Position numbers and translations under genes: made by a program
In this document: piece after piece, positions 7,671 through 17,307 of the stretch
Position numbering within the stretch: position 1 is the first letter of the stretch
Layout: every line of letters begins with the position of its first letter
The notes under the pieces: model-generated
The model's database searches: none
What the model was told of the DNA's origin: nothing
What the model saw: only the letters and a program-made list of their open reading frames with translations
Origin: an uncultured Candidatus Saccharibacteria bacterium
GTDB lineage: Bacteria; Patescibacteriota; Minisyncoccia; Phycocordibacterales; DATGWK01
DNA length: 64,000 nt
Assembly (NCBI GenBank): GCA_964356815.1
Contig: CAYHIR010000001.1
Span: 32,297-96,296, forward strand
Reading direction: 5' to 3'

Positions 7671-9947
7671 ATGAAACTACTTGTTGTTGAGTCGCCAGCC
7701 AAAGCGAAAACAATTTCCAAATATTTATCGGGCATGCCATCGGGAGAAAAATTTGAGGTTGTTGCGTCTGTTGGACATGTGCGCGATTTGCCAAAATCAA
7801 ATAAAAAAGCCATCGACATTGAGGCTGGTTTTGTGCCGCATTATGAAATTTCGCCGGGTAAAGAAAAAGTGATCGACGAAATTCGCCGACTCTCCAAAAA
7901 AGCCGACGAAGTTTTCCTCGCCACCGACCCCGACCGCGAAGGTGAGGCGATTGCATGGCACATTGCTCAGGCTGTGGGCTTAAAAAATCCGGAGCGCGTG
8001 GTCTTTCATGAAATTACAAAAGAAGCGGTGCAAGAAGCGCTAGAGCATCCGCGAAAAATAGACACGAATTTGCGTGAAGCTCAAGAAGCCCGCCGCGTAC
8101 TCGATCGACTCGTGGGCTACGACCTTTCCGGTCTAATTTGGAAAAAAGTTCGCTACGGCCTTTCTGCCGGCCGAGTTCAGTCGCCCGCTCTACGCATCAT
8201 AATGGAGCGCGAACGTGAAATCCGCGCATTTAAATCGCACGCTTTTTGGATAATTACGGCAGACACGGAGACAACGGGTGCGGCGAAAAAAGAACCGATG
8301 ACGCTCACCTGTTCTGAAGAACCGACGGAACTCAAAGAGGTGGAGCGGATCGTGGCCGCGGGCAATGCCGCTGGCAAAGCTGGCTCTAGCGACGCGAAAA
8401 ATGGCTGGCGCGTGATAGATGTAAAAGAAACAGCGGTCAAACGATCGCCGAAGGCCCCGTTCATTACTTCTACCCTTCAGCAATCAGCCAGTTCACGCCT
8501 TGGTTTTGCGCCGTCGAAAACTATGGGTGTTGCTCAGAGGCTATATGAGGCCGGACACATTACTTATATGCGTACGGATAGTACGAACCTCGCAGGGATG
8601 GCGCAAAAACAAATCGCCGCTGTGGTAAGCAAAAAATTTGGCGAAAAATATTTGAGTCCGCGCGTCTTCACCGCAAAAAGCAAAAATGCTCAAGAAGCTC
8701 ACGAAGCAATTCGTCCGACAAATTTCTCTGCCGAATCTGCTGGCCTCACCGACGAACAGAAAAAGCTCTACCGTCTCATTTGGCAGCGCACTGTCGCGTC
8801 ACAAATGACCGACGCTGAAACACTTCGCACAAAAATTACGGCGAATATCAGCGACGAAAATTCCGTCGCCACCGCCACCGAAAAAATTCCCGACTTTTCT
8901 ATCACCGGCTCACGCGTCATTTTTGCTGGCTGGATGGAAGCCGACGACATGGCAAACAAAGAAGACACGATTGTGCCAGCGGTAAAAATTGGCGAACCAC
9001 TCAAGCTCGTGGAAATAAAAACCGAAGAAAAACAAACCGAACCACCAGCGCGCTATTCTGAAGCCGGCCTCATTAAAGAATTGGAAAAACGCGGCATCGG
9101 CCGCCCGTCTACTTACGCTTCGATTATTAAGACAATCGAGGAGCGAGGCTACGTGGAAAAAATAAATAAAGCACTAATTCCAACAGACACCGGCGATGTG
9201 GTTTCAACATTTCTTGAAGAAAACTTTACCGATTACATCAGCGACACTTTCACCGCCGAAATGGAGGACAAACTCGACGACATCGCAAACGGCAAACGCG
9301 AATATTTGGAAACTCTCGAAAAATTCTACAAGCCTTTTAAAAAAGATGTGAAGTCGAAAGAAAAAATAGAAAAAATCACAAACCTTGGCAAAGCTGATCC
9401 GAGTCTCAAATGCCCAGTCTGTGGCGCAGGCATGATTATCAAACTCGGCAAGTCTGGCAAGTTTTTGAGTTGTGAAAAATTTCCAGATTGCGTTGGCGCG
9501 CGCACTATTACTGGCGAAGAATTAGAGGGCCCGCGCGAAACTGGCGAACTCTGCCCCGAATGTGCAACTGGCAAACTCATCGAACGCGATGGCAAATACG
9601 GCCGCTTCATTGCCTGCAACAATTATCCAAAATGTAAATTTGTAAAAAAAGATCCCGAGCTCGAGAAAAAAGCCTCAACCGGCGTCGCTTGTCCTGTCTG
9701 CAAAAAAGGTTTCATGATGGAAAAACGTGGTCGCTTCGGCCTCTTCTACAGCTGTAGCAATTATCCCGATTGTAAAAATGCCATCAAAGCCAAACCGACT
9801 GGCAATATCTGCGAGTACCCACGCGAAAAAGGCCCTTGCGGCGCCCTCATGATGGAAGGCACAAAAACTATTCCGGAGAGATGCAGTGACAAAATGTGCC
9901 CGAATCATAATCCGCATAAGTTGGAAGATTCTCCGGCAAAAAAGTAG
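7671..9947 (+). CDS. topA: DNA topoisomerase I with C-terminal zinc-ribbon repeats
   Basis: 758 aa; TOPRIM N-terminus (LVVESPAKAKTI), catalytic Tyr region (HITYMRTDS), multiple CxxC zinc fingers. smf-topA synteny. Confidence 0.9.
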   Translation: MKLLVVESPAKAKTISKYLSGMPSGEKFEVVASVGHVRDLPKSNKKAIDIEAGFVPHYEISPGKEKVIDEIRRLSKKADEVFLATDPDREGEAIAWHIAQAVGLKNPERVVFHEITKEAVQEALEHPRKIDTNLREAQEARRVLDRLVGYDLSGLIWKKVRYGLSAGRVQSPALRIIMEREREIRAFKSHAFWIITADTETTGAAKKEPMTLTCSEEPTELKEVERIVAAGNAAGKAGSSDAKNGWRVIDVKETAVKRSPKAPFITSTLQQSASSRLGFAPSKTMGVAQRLYEAGHITYMRTDSTNLAGMAQKQIAAVVSKKFGEKYLSPRVFTAKSKNAQEAHEAIRPTNFSAESAGLTDEQKKLYRLIWQRTVASQMTDAETLRTKITANISDENSVATATEKIPDFSITGSRVIFAGWMEADDMANKEDTIVPAVKIGEPLKLVEIKTEEKQTEPPARYSEAGLIKELEKRGIGRPSTYASIIKTIEERGYVEKINKALIPTDTGDVVSTFLEENFTDYISDTFTAEMEDKLDDIANGKREYLETLEKFYKPFKKDVKSKEKIEKITNLGKADPSLKCPVCGAGMIIKLGKSGKFLSCEKFPDCVGARTITGEELEGPRETGELCPECATGKLIERDGKYGRFIACNNYPKCKFVKKDPELEKKASTGVACPVCKKGFMMEKRGRFGLFYSCSNYPDCKNAIKAKPTGNICEYPREKGPCGALMMEGTKTIPERCSDKMCPNHNPHKLEDSPAKK

Positions 9948-9958
9948 GGCAAAAAAAC

Positions 9959-11014
9959 CTAAAGCGAAAAATTCGTCACCGAGTACAAATCGTTTTCATC
10001 TTTATTTTTTTCTTCGGTGCTACGATCATCGAGCGGCAAATCGGCGGCGACTTCGGAAATTTGCGGCGCGCTTATCTGCCCCGCCTTTTTCTTCTCAACG
10101 ATATGTTTTTCTAAAAGTTCGTTTGGGTCGCGATGTTTGTTTGAGTTGATGAGATTGATGATTGAATAGAGTTCGTCATTGGAAAAGAAATCAATAGTGA
10201 GTTTGCCGCCGTCTTTGCGTCGCTCAATTGCCACACGCGTACCGAGCGAAGCGGCGATGCGCTCTTCAAGCTCGACGAGTTCTGGGTCGGCCAAAAATCC
10301 AACCTTCCGTACTTTTTCGTAAGCAATTTTGCGCGAAATAAGCTCGGCTTCGCGCACGGTGAGACGCTTGTATAAAATTTCTTTGAAAAGAGTGGCTTGC
10401 TCTTCGGGCCGGTCGATGAGCATGAGAAGCGGACGAGTATGACCTTCAGAAATTTTTCCAGCGGCGAGTGTTTCGAGCATTTCTGCCGGCAAAGAAAGCA
10501 GGCGGATGGTGTTGGAAACATATTCGCGGCTCTTGCCAACTTTCTTCGCAATCTCTGTATGTTTAAAACCAAATTCTTCTACGAGCCGATTGAAAGCTTT
10601 GGCCCGATCGACAGGATTCAAATCTTCGCGTTGCAAATTTTCGATAATTGCAAGCTCGAGCTTGGCCTGATCTGTGTCGTTGCCAATTTTAATAAGCACC
10701 GGCACCTGCGCAAGGCCAGCAATTTTCGACGCACGCAGACGACGCTCACCGGCGATAAGCTCATACTCTGTGGCGAGGCCACCGTCGGGCTTCGTTACCT
10801 CTTTGCGCGTTACCACCAGCGCCTGCAAAACTCCGTACTGACGAATCGAATCGGCCAAACTCTGCAAATGCACCGGATCAAACTCTTTGCGTGGCTGAAA
10901 AGGGTTCGGCTTTATTTTCTCCACCTCAATCCAAAAAATCGAATCGCGAAAATAGTGCGAGGCGGGGTTTGGATTGTTGAGATTGTCGGTGCTGTGCGCT
11001 TTTTGGTCGGGCAT
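9959..11014 (-). CDS. parB: ParB/Spo0J-family chromosome partitioning protein
   Basis: 351 aa; ParB box (ELIAGERRLRASKIAGL) and HTH. Confidence 0.85.
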   Translation of the reverse strand: MPDQKAHSTDNLNNPNPASHYFRDSIFWIEVEKIKPNPFQPRKEFDPVHLQSLADSIRQYGVLQALVVTRKEVTKPDGGLATEYELIAGERRLRASKIAGLAQVPVLIKIGNDTDQAKLELAIIENLQREDLNPVDRAKAFNRLVEEFGFKHTEIAKKVGKSREYVSNTIRLLSLPAEMLETLAAGKISEGHTRPLLMLIDRPEEQATLFKEILYKRLTVREAELISRKIAYEKVRKVGFLADPELVELEERIAASLGTRVAIERRKDGGKLTIDFFSNDELYSIINLINSNKHRDPNELLEKHIVEKKKAGQISAPQISEVAADLPLDDRSTEEKNKDENDLYSVTNFSL

Positions 11015-11093
11015 AAAGATATTTTACCACACGATTTTATTTTCAGGCGTTTTATAGTAGAGTGGACTGGTTCTAGAAAGGTGTGTAAAAAAT

Positions 11094-11175
11094 GCCAGAG
11101 TGGCGAAATTGGTAACCGCACACGACTCAAAATCGTGCGCCGCAAGGTTTGTGGGTTCGAGTCCCACCTCTGGCA
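11094..11175 (+). tRNA. tRNA-Leu (anticodon CAA)
   Basis: Manual cloverleaf: acceptor GCCAGAG/CTCTGGC; anticodon stem CACGA/TCGTG with loop CTCAAAA; long variable arm; T-loop GGTTCGAGTCC. Confidence 0.8.
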
Positions 11176-11235
11176 CATTTTAGAAAAGGAAAAAGCCGCG
11201 AAGCGCGACTTTTTCTAGGGTCATCTTTATTATAC

Positions 11236-12168
11236 ATGAAGAAAATAAAAAACACCGGCGAAAAAATTGTCGTCATCCTCGGCCCAACAGCTTCAGGCAA
11301 AAGTGCTTTGGCGGTTGAGTTGGCGCGCAAATTGGACGGCGAAGTTGTGTCGGCTGATTCGCGACAAGTGTATCGCGGGCTAAATATTGGCACAGGAAAA
11401 ATCACCAAACGTGAAATGTGCGGTGTTCCCCATCACCTGCTCGATGTTGCTTCGCCAATGTCGCGAAAAGGGCGAAAATTTACCGTTGCAGATTATCAAA
11501 AACTCGCCGGAAAAGCTGTCGACGACATTCTCGCGCTCGGCAAACTGCCGATAATTTGCGGCGGCACCGGCTTCTATATTCAAGCCCTTGTCGACGATGT
11601 TGTACTGCCCGATGTGCCGCCCAACAACGCACTTCGCAAAAAGCTCGCCAAAAAATCGCCAGCCGACTTGATAAAAATTTTAAGAAAACTTGATCCTGTT
11701 CGTGCTAAGAATATCGACCCACAAAACCCTCGTCGCCTGATCCGCGCAATTGAGATTGCCACGGCGCTCGGTAAAGTGCCGGCAATCAAAAAATTTAGCT
11801 CAAAATACGACCCGCTTTTCATTGGCCTGAAAATTCCACCAGAAGAATTGCGCCACAAAATTGCTGTACGACTAAAAGAGCGACTCAAAGGCCGTGGTAA
11901 GAAAAATATGATTCAAGAAGCTCGCGACCTGCACGCCGCCGGCCTCTCATGGAAACGCATGCGCGAACTCGGCCTCGAATACCGTTATCTGGCTGATTTC
12001 TTAACAGGCAAAATTTCCCGCGAACAAATGGCGCGCGAACTCGAAACCGCAACTTGGCAATACAGTCGTCGACAGATGAGCTGGTTTGGGAGGGATGGGA
12101 GGATTGGGTGGGTGAAGCCGGAGAACAAGGCAAAGATTGAAAGATTGATTAAAAAAATTATGCTCTAA
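11236..12168 (+). CDS. miaA: tRNA dimethylallyltransferase
   Basis: P-loop GPTASGKS plus DSRQVYRGLNIGT. The ORF-track start at 11149 overlaps the tRNA; the ATG at 11236 was chosen instead. Confidence 0.85.
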   Translation: MKKIKNTGEKIVVILGPTASGKSALAVELARKLDGEVVSADSRQVYRGLNIGTGKITKREMCGVPHHLLDVASPMSRKGRKFTVADYQKLAGKAVDDILALGKLPIICGGTGFYIQALVDDVVLPDVPPNNALRKKLAKKSPADLIKILRKLDPVRAKNIDPQNPRRLIRAIEIATALGKVPAIKKFSSKYDPLFIGLKIPPEELRHKIAVRLKERLKGRGKKNMIQEARDLHAAGLSWKRMRELGLEYRYLADFLTGKISREQMARELETATWQYSRRQMSWFGRDGRIGWVKPENKAKIERLIKKIML

Positions 12169-12195
12169 TTACAGCAGAACTCATCTTAAAAAACT

Positions 12196-13122
12196 TCATG
12201 GTCTTTTCGCAAACTCTTTCTCAAATTTCTTAAAGATCTCCGGCTGAAGACAATACTCGCGAATCTTCTTTTCCACCCTGCTCCCAATGGTAGTTTTAAA
12301 ACTTTTATAATCTATTAGTCGTATATCAGGGAAAGAAAAACGCGCATCAATACCCTTACCCATGTGTATCACGTGAAAGTGTTTATCATGATCATTGCTA
12401 TAAACCCTTAATTCAAAACCATTGAATTGTGAAACTATCCCTCTGAGTAGCGGACCACGCCATTCCAAAGCATCCTTATAGCGTTCATTCAAATCTTGTT
12501 CCCGTTGGTCATCGAGGCTATAGGCATACTCATCAAATTTTTCCGTATCTTCCTCAATTAGCTGAAAAATCTCAAAACCCATAGTGGTATTGTCACCATA
12601 AAGATATCGATAATCTTTGCCATGATCTTTGGACGCTCGACTTTCATAAACCTTCTGCATTTCTTTATAATATTCCCTAAGATCTTGCTCATATTGAATT
12701 TCTTTCTTTCCAACCTCGGAATGCTCTATTAAAATTTCTGGTCTTCCTGTGGCAGTAGTTTCAAATTGTTTCACAACTAGTGGTAGGTAAATCGACGTCA
12801 TTGCTTTATTTGGACTACCAATTTTAAGGGTAATCCGTCCGTGGGACTTTTTAATAAAGTGAATATTGAGATAATCGAGTTCACAATTTATGGAAAAATA
12901 AATCTTGTCACCCCTCACATTCTGGTCATCCAGTCGAGGGTGTTCAGACCCGCCTTTGAATACCTTGACGTCAAGTCCAAGGTAATCGACAAAGATTCTC
13001 CAATCAGGACGACCAGTATCACTATCAAACCATGACAGATGTACCCATCCCGATACAGTAAATTTTGCTCCTATATATGCAAAGGATTCTGGGCTATTTA
13101 TTTCTATAAATTTATTTTTCAC
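12196..13122 (-). CDS. Hypothetical protein with C-terminal DUF4160-like domain
   Basis: 308 aa, AT-rich. C-terminus LRVYSNDHDKHFHVIHMGKGIDARFSF...EKKIREYCLQPEIFKKFEKEF matches the DUF4160 (YxNDHxPPHfHv) pattern. N-terminal 200 aa unrecognised. Confidence 0.55.
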   Translation of the reverse strand: MKNKFIEINSPESFAYIGAKFTVSGWVHLSWFDSDTGRPDWRIFVDYLGLDVKVFKGGSEHPRLDDQNVRGDKIYFSINCELDYLNIHFIKKSHGRITLKIGSPNKAMTSIYLPLVVKQFETTATGRPEILIEHSEVGKKEIQYEQDLREYYKEMQKVYESRASKDHGKDYRYLYGDNTTMGFEIFQLIEEDTEKFDEYAYSLDDQREQDLNERYKDALEWRGPLLRGIVSQFNGFELRVYSNDHDKHFHVIHMGKGIDARFSFPDIRLIDYKSFKTTIGSRVEKKIREYCLQPEIFKKFEKEFAKRP

Positions 13123-13126
13123 AATA

Positions 13127-13786
13127 TCAATCTCTAATCAATCTCTGTGTATATCCCTGACCAATTAAATATTCATAGGCCCCCCACACATCTTTCGGAA
13201 TATCCTGCTCTATCTGGAAACCTTTCTTTGGATATTCTTTTATTCGTTGAAGATCACCAACTAAAGTATTTATCACCGCCTCCCCACTATTCGCCTCGTT
13301 TGGATATTCATTAAAAGGAATTTTTGGAGAAGTAACGATTAATTCAATATTAGGCAACCAAACCTTTCCAGTGGCGTAAGCCCTTCTTTCCATATAAGGT
13401 TTTTGAACTAAAATCATTCGTTTCGGATCAATACCTAGTTCTTTTAATTTCTTAATGGCAAATTCGTAATTCTGACCAGTGTTTTGGGATTCGTTTTCTA
13501 CAATGATTACTTCTTTGGGAACACCCATTGCGATAGCAATATTTGCAAAAACCTCGGCTTCGGTTGAGCCAATAAACTGCTCGTGTCCTGGTTTGTCATG
13601 ATGGATTGAGCCAGAACCCGCAACAAGCAATACCGGTGCCCATCCGTCTAGATAAAGCTGGGCTGCATATTCGGCCGTACGAGTGTCTCTATTACCTAAT
13701 ACAAAAATCGCATCAGATTTCTGAAGAGGGTGATGCATGAGCATGTAGTCCCAGATTTTTTGTACAGCTGTTTCTATACTCATCAC
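13127..13786 (-). CDS. YdcF/DUF218-family protein
   Basis: 219 aa; DUF218 motifs (IFVLGN...LLVAGSG, IVENESQNTGQN). Confidence 0.7.
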   Translation of the reverse strand: MMSIETAVQKIWDYMLMHHPLQKSDAIFVLGNRDTRTAEYAAQLYLDGWAPVLLVAGSGSIHHDKPGHEQFIGSTEAEVFANIAIAMGVPKEVIIVENESQNTGQNYEFAIKKLKELGIDPKRMILVQKPYMERRAYATGKVWLPNIELIVTSPKIPFNEYPNEANSGEAVINTLVGDLQRIKEYPKKGFQIEQDIPKDVWGAYEYLIGQGYTQRLIRD

Positions 13787-13831
13787 ATTAGGATTTTAAC
13801 AGTCCATCACGATTTGGATATAAAAAATTTA

Positions 13832-14317
13832 TCAACAAGGATCAAGCTCCATCTCGATATGAGCGCCCTTAGATCCAACATCTTTAAACCCCAGTCTACG
13901 GTAAAGATGTCGAGCTTGATTTTCTTTAAACACCTGAAGTTTTATTGGTATTTTCTTCTGTTCAGATTCTTGTTTTAGTTTGTTCAAAATTTCACTTCCA
14001 ATTCCCCTTCCTTGAAATTCGGGCAAAATGACTAGCTCGCTAGCAAAAATGTAATCTGGCTTATATTCTATACAACAATATCCGCAAGCCACACCATTAA
14101 AATATATAATCTCATGAGTCTCAGGCTTCCATGATTTAGCAAAAAAATCATCTTGGATTTTTTCATCCCAATTTCCAAATTGTCTGACAACTACGCCATG
14201 ATAAGCAGAATGATGAACTTTTCTTGCAAATTCTGTATCCGATTCGGTTGCTATTCGCTTGGTTATTGAAAATTCCATATTGGCGGACCGTCTCAAGCTA
14301 GAACCGCTAGTGGTCAA
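13832..14317 (-). CDS. GNAT-family N-acetyltransferase
   Basis: 161 aa; acetyl-CoA binding motif LPEFQGRGIGSEIL. Confidence 0.8.
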   Translation of the reverse strand: MTTSGSSLRRSANMEFSITKRIATESDTEFARKVHHSAYHGVVVRQFGNWDEKIQDDFFAKSWKPETHEIIYFNGVACGYCCIEYKPDYIFASELVILPEFQGRGIGSEILNKLKQESEQKKIPIKLQVFKENQARHLYRRLGFKDVGSKGAHIEMELDPC

Positions 14318-14374
14318 GCCCAGATTGACGGAATAGGTATATTTTACACTAATTCGCCGAAGCTATTCGAGCAC

Positions 14375-14752
14375 TTAATTTTTCTTACGATCATCGAACA
14401 AAGTTTCGTAACTTAGACCAAGATTAGCCATTCGATATCTTGAGGCTTCTTTTATCATGGTTTTAGTAATAATGTTTCTGTCACGATATTTCTCAATTGG
14501 AAGAGTAGTGTCATTCGAAAGAAGGTCTTCGGTGCAACATCCTACGCTGACAGCTAAAGCCGTAACTATTTCTGGGTCACGACCATCATGTAATTCCAAA
14601 TTATCGGTCCAGGATAAGATATCTAAAAATCGTGGGGAAAAATTAATTATTTTACCCGTCCTCCTATACCACTCAATCTGCATTGATGAAACTGTTGCAT
14701 GAGCAACACACGCGGGAATATCTCTCTGGTTAAACGGAGTAATTTTTGACAT
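14375..14752 (-). CDS. Hypothetical protein with papain-like Q-x5-C N-terminal motif (possibly a truncated C1-like peptidase); start uncertain
   Basis: ORF-track 14375..14983 overlaps tRNA-Trp. The internal ATG at 14752 follows a GGGAAG RBS and gives MSKITPFNQRDIPACVAHAT... (Q six residues before C, as in papain). Too short to hold the His/Asn catalytic residues. An alternative ATG at 14890 abuts the tRNA 3' end. Confidence 0.35.
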   Translation of the reverse strand: MSKITPFNQRDIPACVAHATVSSMQIEWYRRTGKIINFSPRFLDILSWTDNLELHDGRDPEIVTALAVSVGCCTEDLLSNDTTLPIEKYRDRNIITKTMIKEASRYRMANLGLSYETLFDDRKKN

Positions 14753-14890
14753 AACATCTTCCCAAACTTCGGACCAATAAGGTATATTTTTTTGAATTCC
14801 GAAAGTCCTAGCGATCCCGCTAGTGTAAATTTTGAGCCAAACAAAGGAAGAGAGGTATTCTCGAATTGTTTTTAAGAAATCGAATATCAT

Positions 14891-14965
14891 TGGCGGGCCC
14901 ACCCCGACTCGAACGGGGAACTGCGCGTTTGGAGTGCGATGTTTTACCATTGAAACTATGGGCCC
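14891..14965 (-). tRNA. tRNA-Trp (anticodon CCA), CCA encoded; anticodon stem has two non-Watson-Crick pairs
   Basis: Minus-strand reading: GGGCCCA...T-arm CCCCGTTCGAGTCGGGG...TGGGCCC G CCA; anticodon loop CUCCAAA. Positions 27:43 (U:C) and 31:39 (A:C) are unpaired. rpmG–tRNA-Trp synteny supports the call. Confidence 0.6.
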
Positions 14966-15021
14966 GTGAGGCAATCCTATCAAAATTCGGCCTATTTACA
15001 AAACGATATAAAAACGACACA

Positions 15022-15045
15022 AAAAAGCCCCGAGCGGGGCTGATT
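15022..15045 (-). terminator. Rho-independent terminator after rpmG
   Basis: Minus strand: AGCCCCGCUCGGGGCU hairpin followed by UUUUUUGUG. Confidence 0.7.
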
Positions 15046-15048
15046 TGT

Positions 15049-15207
15049 TTATTTTTTCGACTCTTTATGCGCTGTTCGCTTTCGGCAAGTATTACAAAAC
15101 TTTTTGAGGTCGATTTTGCGCTCAACAGATTTGCGGTTTTTGACGCTGTAATAATTGACCTTTTTGCAGGTCGTGCAGGAAAGTTTTATCAGATGATCTT
15201 GTGACAT
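15049..15207 (-). CDS. rpmG: 50S ribosomal protein L33
   Basis: Manual translation, 52 aa, not in ORF track: MSQDHLIKLSCTTCKKVNYYSVKNRKSVERKIDLKKFCNTCRKRTAHKESKK. Two CxxC pairs typical of bL33. Confidence 0.8.
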   Translation of the reverse strand: MSQDHLIKLSCTTCKKVNYYSVKNRKSVERKIDLKKFCNTCRKRTAHKESKK

Positions 15208-15268
15208 AGTGGGAATAATATACGCGACCCTTCAAAAAAATGCAAATCTATATGATAATTAGGGGCAA

Positions 15269-16414
15269 CTATACGATAATCCGCTTGATTAAAGGGTTGA
15301 TTCTAGTGACAAATTCATAGTTTGAGGTGTCGGCCAATGCGGCGAGTTTGTCTACTGGCGCGTCTGGACCGATGATCGTTACCTCATCAAAAGCTTGCAC
15401 TTCGGGTATGTCGGTCACATCTATAACGATCATATCCATAGACACCCGACCGAGCACCTTTGCCGGCCGCCCATGAACCATCACAATACCCTTGCCCGAA
15501 AGCGCGCGTGGAAAACCGTGCCAATAGCCTATCGGGCAGACAGCGATTTTTGAATCGCGCGAGAAAGTTTCGGTGAAATCGTAGCCGGTGCGATCGCCCG
15601 CTGGTACAGACTTCACTTCGCCGATGAGCGTCTTCCACGAAAGTGCCGGCTGGAGCAATGCTTTTTCTTTGAAAAACTTTTCTGTCTCGGCCGAAGGATA
15701 CAGGCCGTAAATTGCTATGCCAAAACGCACCATATCAAACTGCGCTTCTGGAAAAACTATTGCCCCGCCGCTCGCCGCCGCATGAACAATCGGCCGAAAA
15801 CCAACATCGGCAAAAATTTTTCGCCATTTATCAAAAATTTCGATTTGTTTTTTTGTGTCCGTGGTAGATTGCGGATCTTTAGCGGCCGCAAAATGAGTGA
15901 AGAGTCCTTCCACCTCCACCCTGTCTTCTAAGTATTTCAAAACGGCAACGAGCTCACTCGCCTGTTCGAGCAAAAAACCTTGCCGATGCATGCCGGTGTC
16001 CACCTTAATATGAATTTTTAGACGATTGGCGGGCGAAGATTTGGCTGGCGGCATTTTGGAAAAAGCCGAGAGCACATCAAAAGACGATATGGCCAACGAG
16101 ATATTTTTTTCAAGCGCAACTGGAATTTTTTCCGGCAATGTGAGGCCAAGCACAAAAAGCGGCTTCGTAACACCAAGCTCGCGAAGTGTTTCGGCTTCCA
16201 CAATAGAGTCTACTCCTAGCCAGTCGGCACCAAGCTCGGCAAAAACCGGCGCGGTGTCGAGCAAGCCGTGACCATAAGCATTCGATTTCACTACAGCCAT
16301 AAATAGCGTTTGCGGCGCAAGCAAACCGCGAAGTGTCGCGTAATTGTGCTCCAAAGCCGAACGGTCGATTTCGATCCAAGTACGAAGGCCGGTGTGAGAT
16401 TGGTCTTTTCTCAT
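15269..16414 (-). CDS. alr: Alanine racemase
   Basis: 381 aa; PLP-lysine motif VVKSNAYGHG; two-domain Alr fold pattern. Confidence 0.85.
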   Translation of the reverse strand: MRKDQSHTGLRTWIEIDRSALEHNYATLRGLLAPQTLFMAVVKSNAYGHGLLDTAPVFAELGADWLGVDSIVEAETLRELGVTKPLFVLGLTLPEKIPVALEKNISLAISSFDVLSAFSKMPPAKSSPANRLKIHIKVDTGMHRQGFLLEQASELVAVLKYLEDRVEVEGLFTHFAAAKDPQSTTDTKKQIEIFDKWRKIFADVGFRPIVHAAASGGAIVFPEAQFDMVRFGIAIYGLYPSAETEKFFKEKALLQPALSWKTLIGEVKSVPAGDRTGYDFTETFSRDSKIAVCPIGYWHGFPRALSGKGIVMVHGRPAKVLGRVSMDMIVIDVTDIPEVQAFDEVTIIGPDAPVDKLAALADTSNYEFVTRINPLIKRIIV

Positions 16415-16426
16415 TATCTTTAGAAA

Positions 16427-17062
16427 CTAGTTTTTGTCTGGGTTGTACTTAGTTTGGTAACCAGGATTTTCTTCAGGACGAAGTTTGTTTGGATAATGAA
16501 TATCGGTTTTGACATCGTGATAGACTTTTTTGAAAAACTTAAAAACATCGTACGGATTTTTAACGTGACTTATAGTGTAGCGCTGATACCCACCCTGATT
16601 AGTTTGTGTAAAAGAGCCGGCGGTAGAAACATGGATACTGCCGGTATTGCCTTTTTCAAATATTTTGTCGAAAACTCCCACATTTACCTCTGCGTTAGTA
16701 ATTTGGTCAAAATCAACAATCTGAAAATCACGACCAATCCATCCTTTTTGGAAAATTACTCTCTTGTCTGTAATTGCATAGTAGGTATGTTTGTAAACAA
16801 GAACTAAGTAAATCGGCATACCTATCAGAAAGAAAATGCCTGCCCAGAAATGAGGCAGAAGAAATATTCCAAAGCCATAAAAATGAGAACCGTAAAAAAT
16901 ATCCTTAAACGCGCCGATAATAAACGGCGTTAGAACAGCCATCCAAAATAGACCAAAAATAAATGTAAAAACTGAGACACCTAGCACAAATGGCCAAAAG
17001 CTAGGTACCCCTTCCCACAGAACCCTCTCATCTTGATCTAAAATTTTGTTTAATTCTCTCAT
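16427..17062 (-). CDS. Membrane protein with bacterial PH (bPH_2/YdbS-like) domain
   Basis: 211 aa; TM helices plus YAITDKRVIFQKGW motif. Confidence 0.55.
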   Translation of the reverse strand: MRELNKILDQDERVLWEGVPSFWPFVLGVSVFTFIFGLFWMAVLTPFIIGAFKDIFYGSHFYGFGIFLLPHFWAGIFFLIGMPIYLVLVYKHTYYAITDKRVIFQKGWIGRDFQIVDFDQITNAEVNVGVFDKIFEKGNTGSIHVSTAGSFTQTNQGGYQRYTISHVKNPYDVFKFFKKVYHDVKTDIHYPNKLRPEENPGYQTKYNPDKN

Positions 17063-17107
17063 TTTTTTATCAATTACTAATTCGTAAAAACAGCCCCAAA
17101 TACCGAT

Positions 17108-17190
17108 GCGTAGGACAGGATTCGAACCTGTGTAGACATATAGTCGCGGGTTTTACAGACCCGTGCGATTGACCGCTCCGCCACCTACGC
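17108..17190 (-). tRNA. tRNA-Tyr (anticodon GTA), class II with long variable arm
   Basis: Minus-strand reading: GCGTAGG...anticodon stem CGGGU/ACCCG with loop CUGUAAA...long variable arm...GGTTCGAATCC...CCTACGC A. Confidence 0.8.
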
Positions 17191-17307
17191 GATATGGGCA
17201 TTGTATGTAAAATTGTCCGCCGCGGCAAGCGAAAAAATTTTTAGAAAAAACACCAGCGTCCCCCGAAAGGAATGCTGGTGTTTGGAAAAAGGAGGTTTGT
17301 GACACGA

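Noticed and set aside
14753-14983. N-terminal extension of the 14375..14983 ORF
   Set aside because: It overlaps the tRNA-Trp gene on the same strand. The start was moved to the internal ATG that has an RBS.
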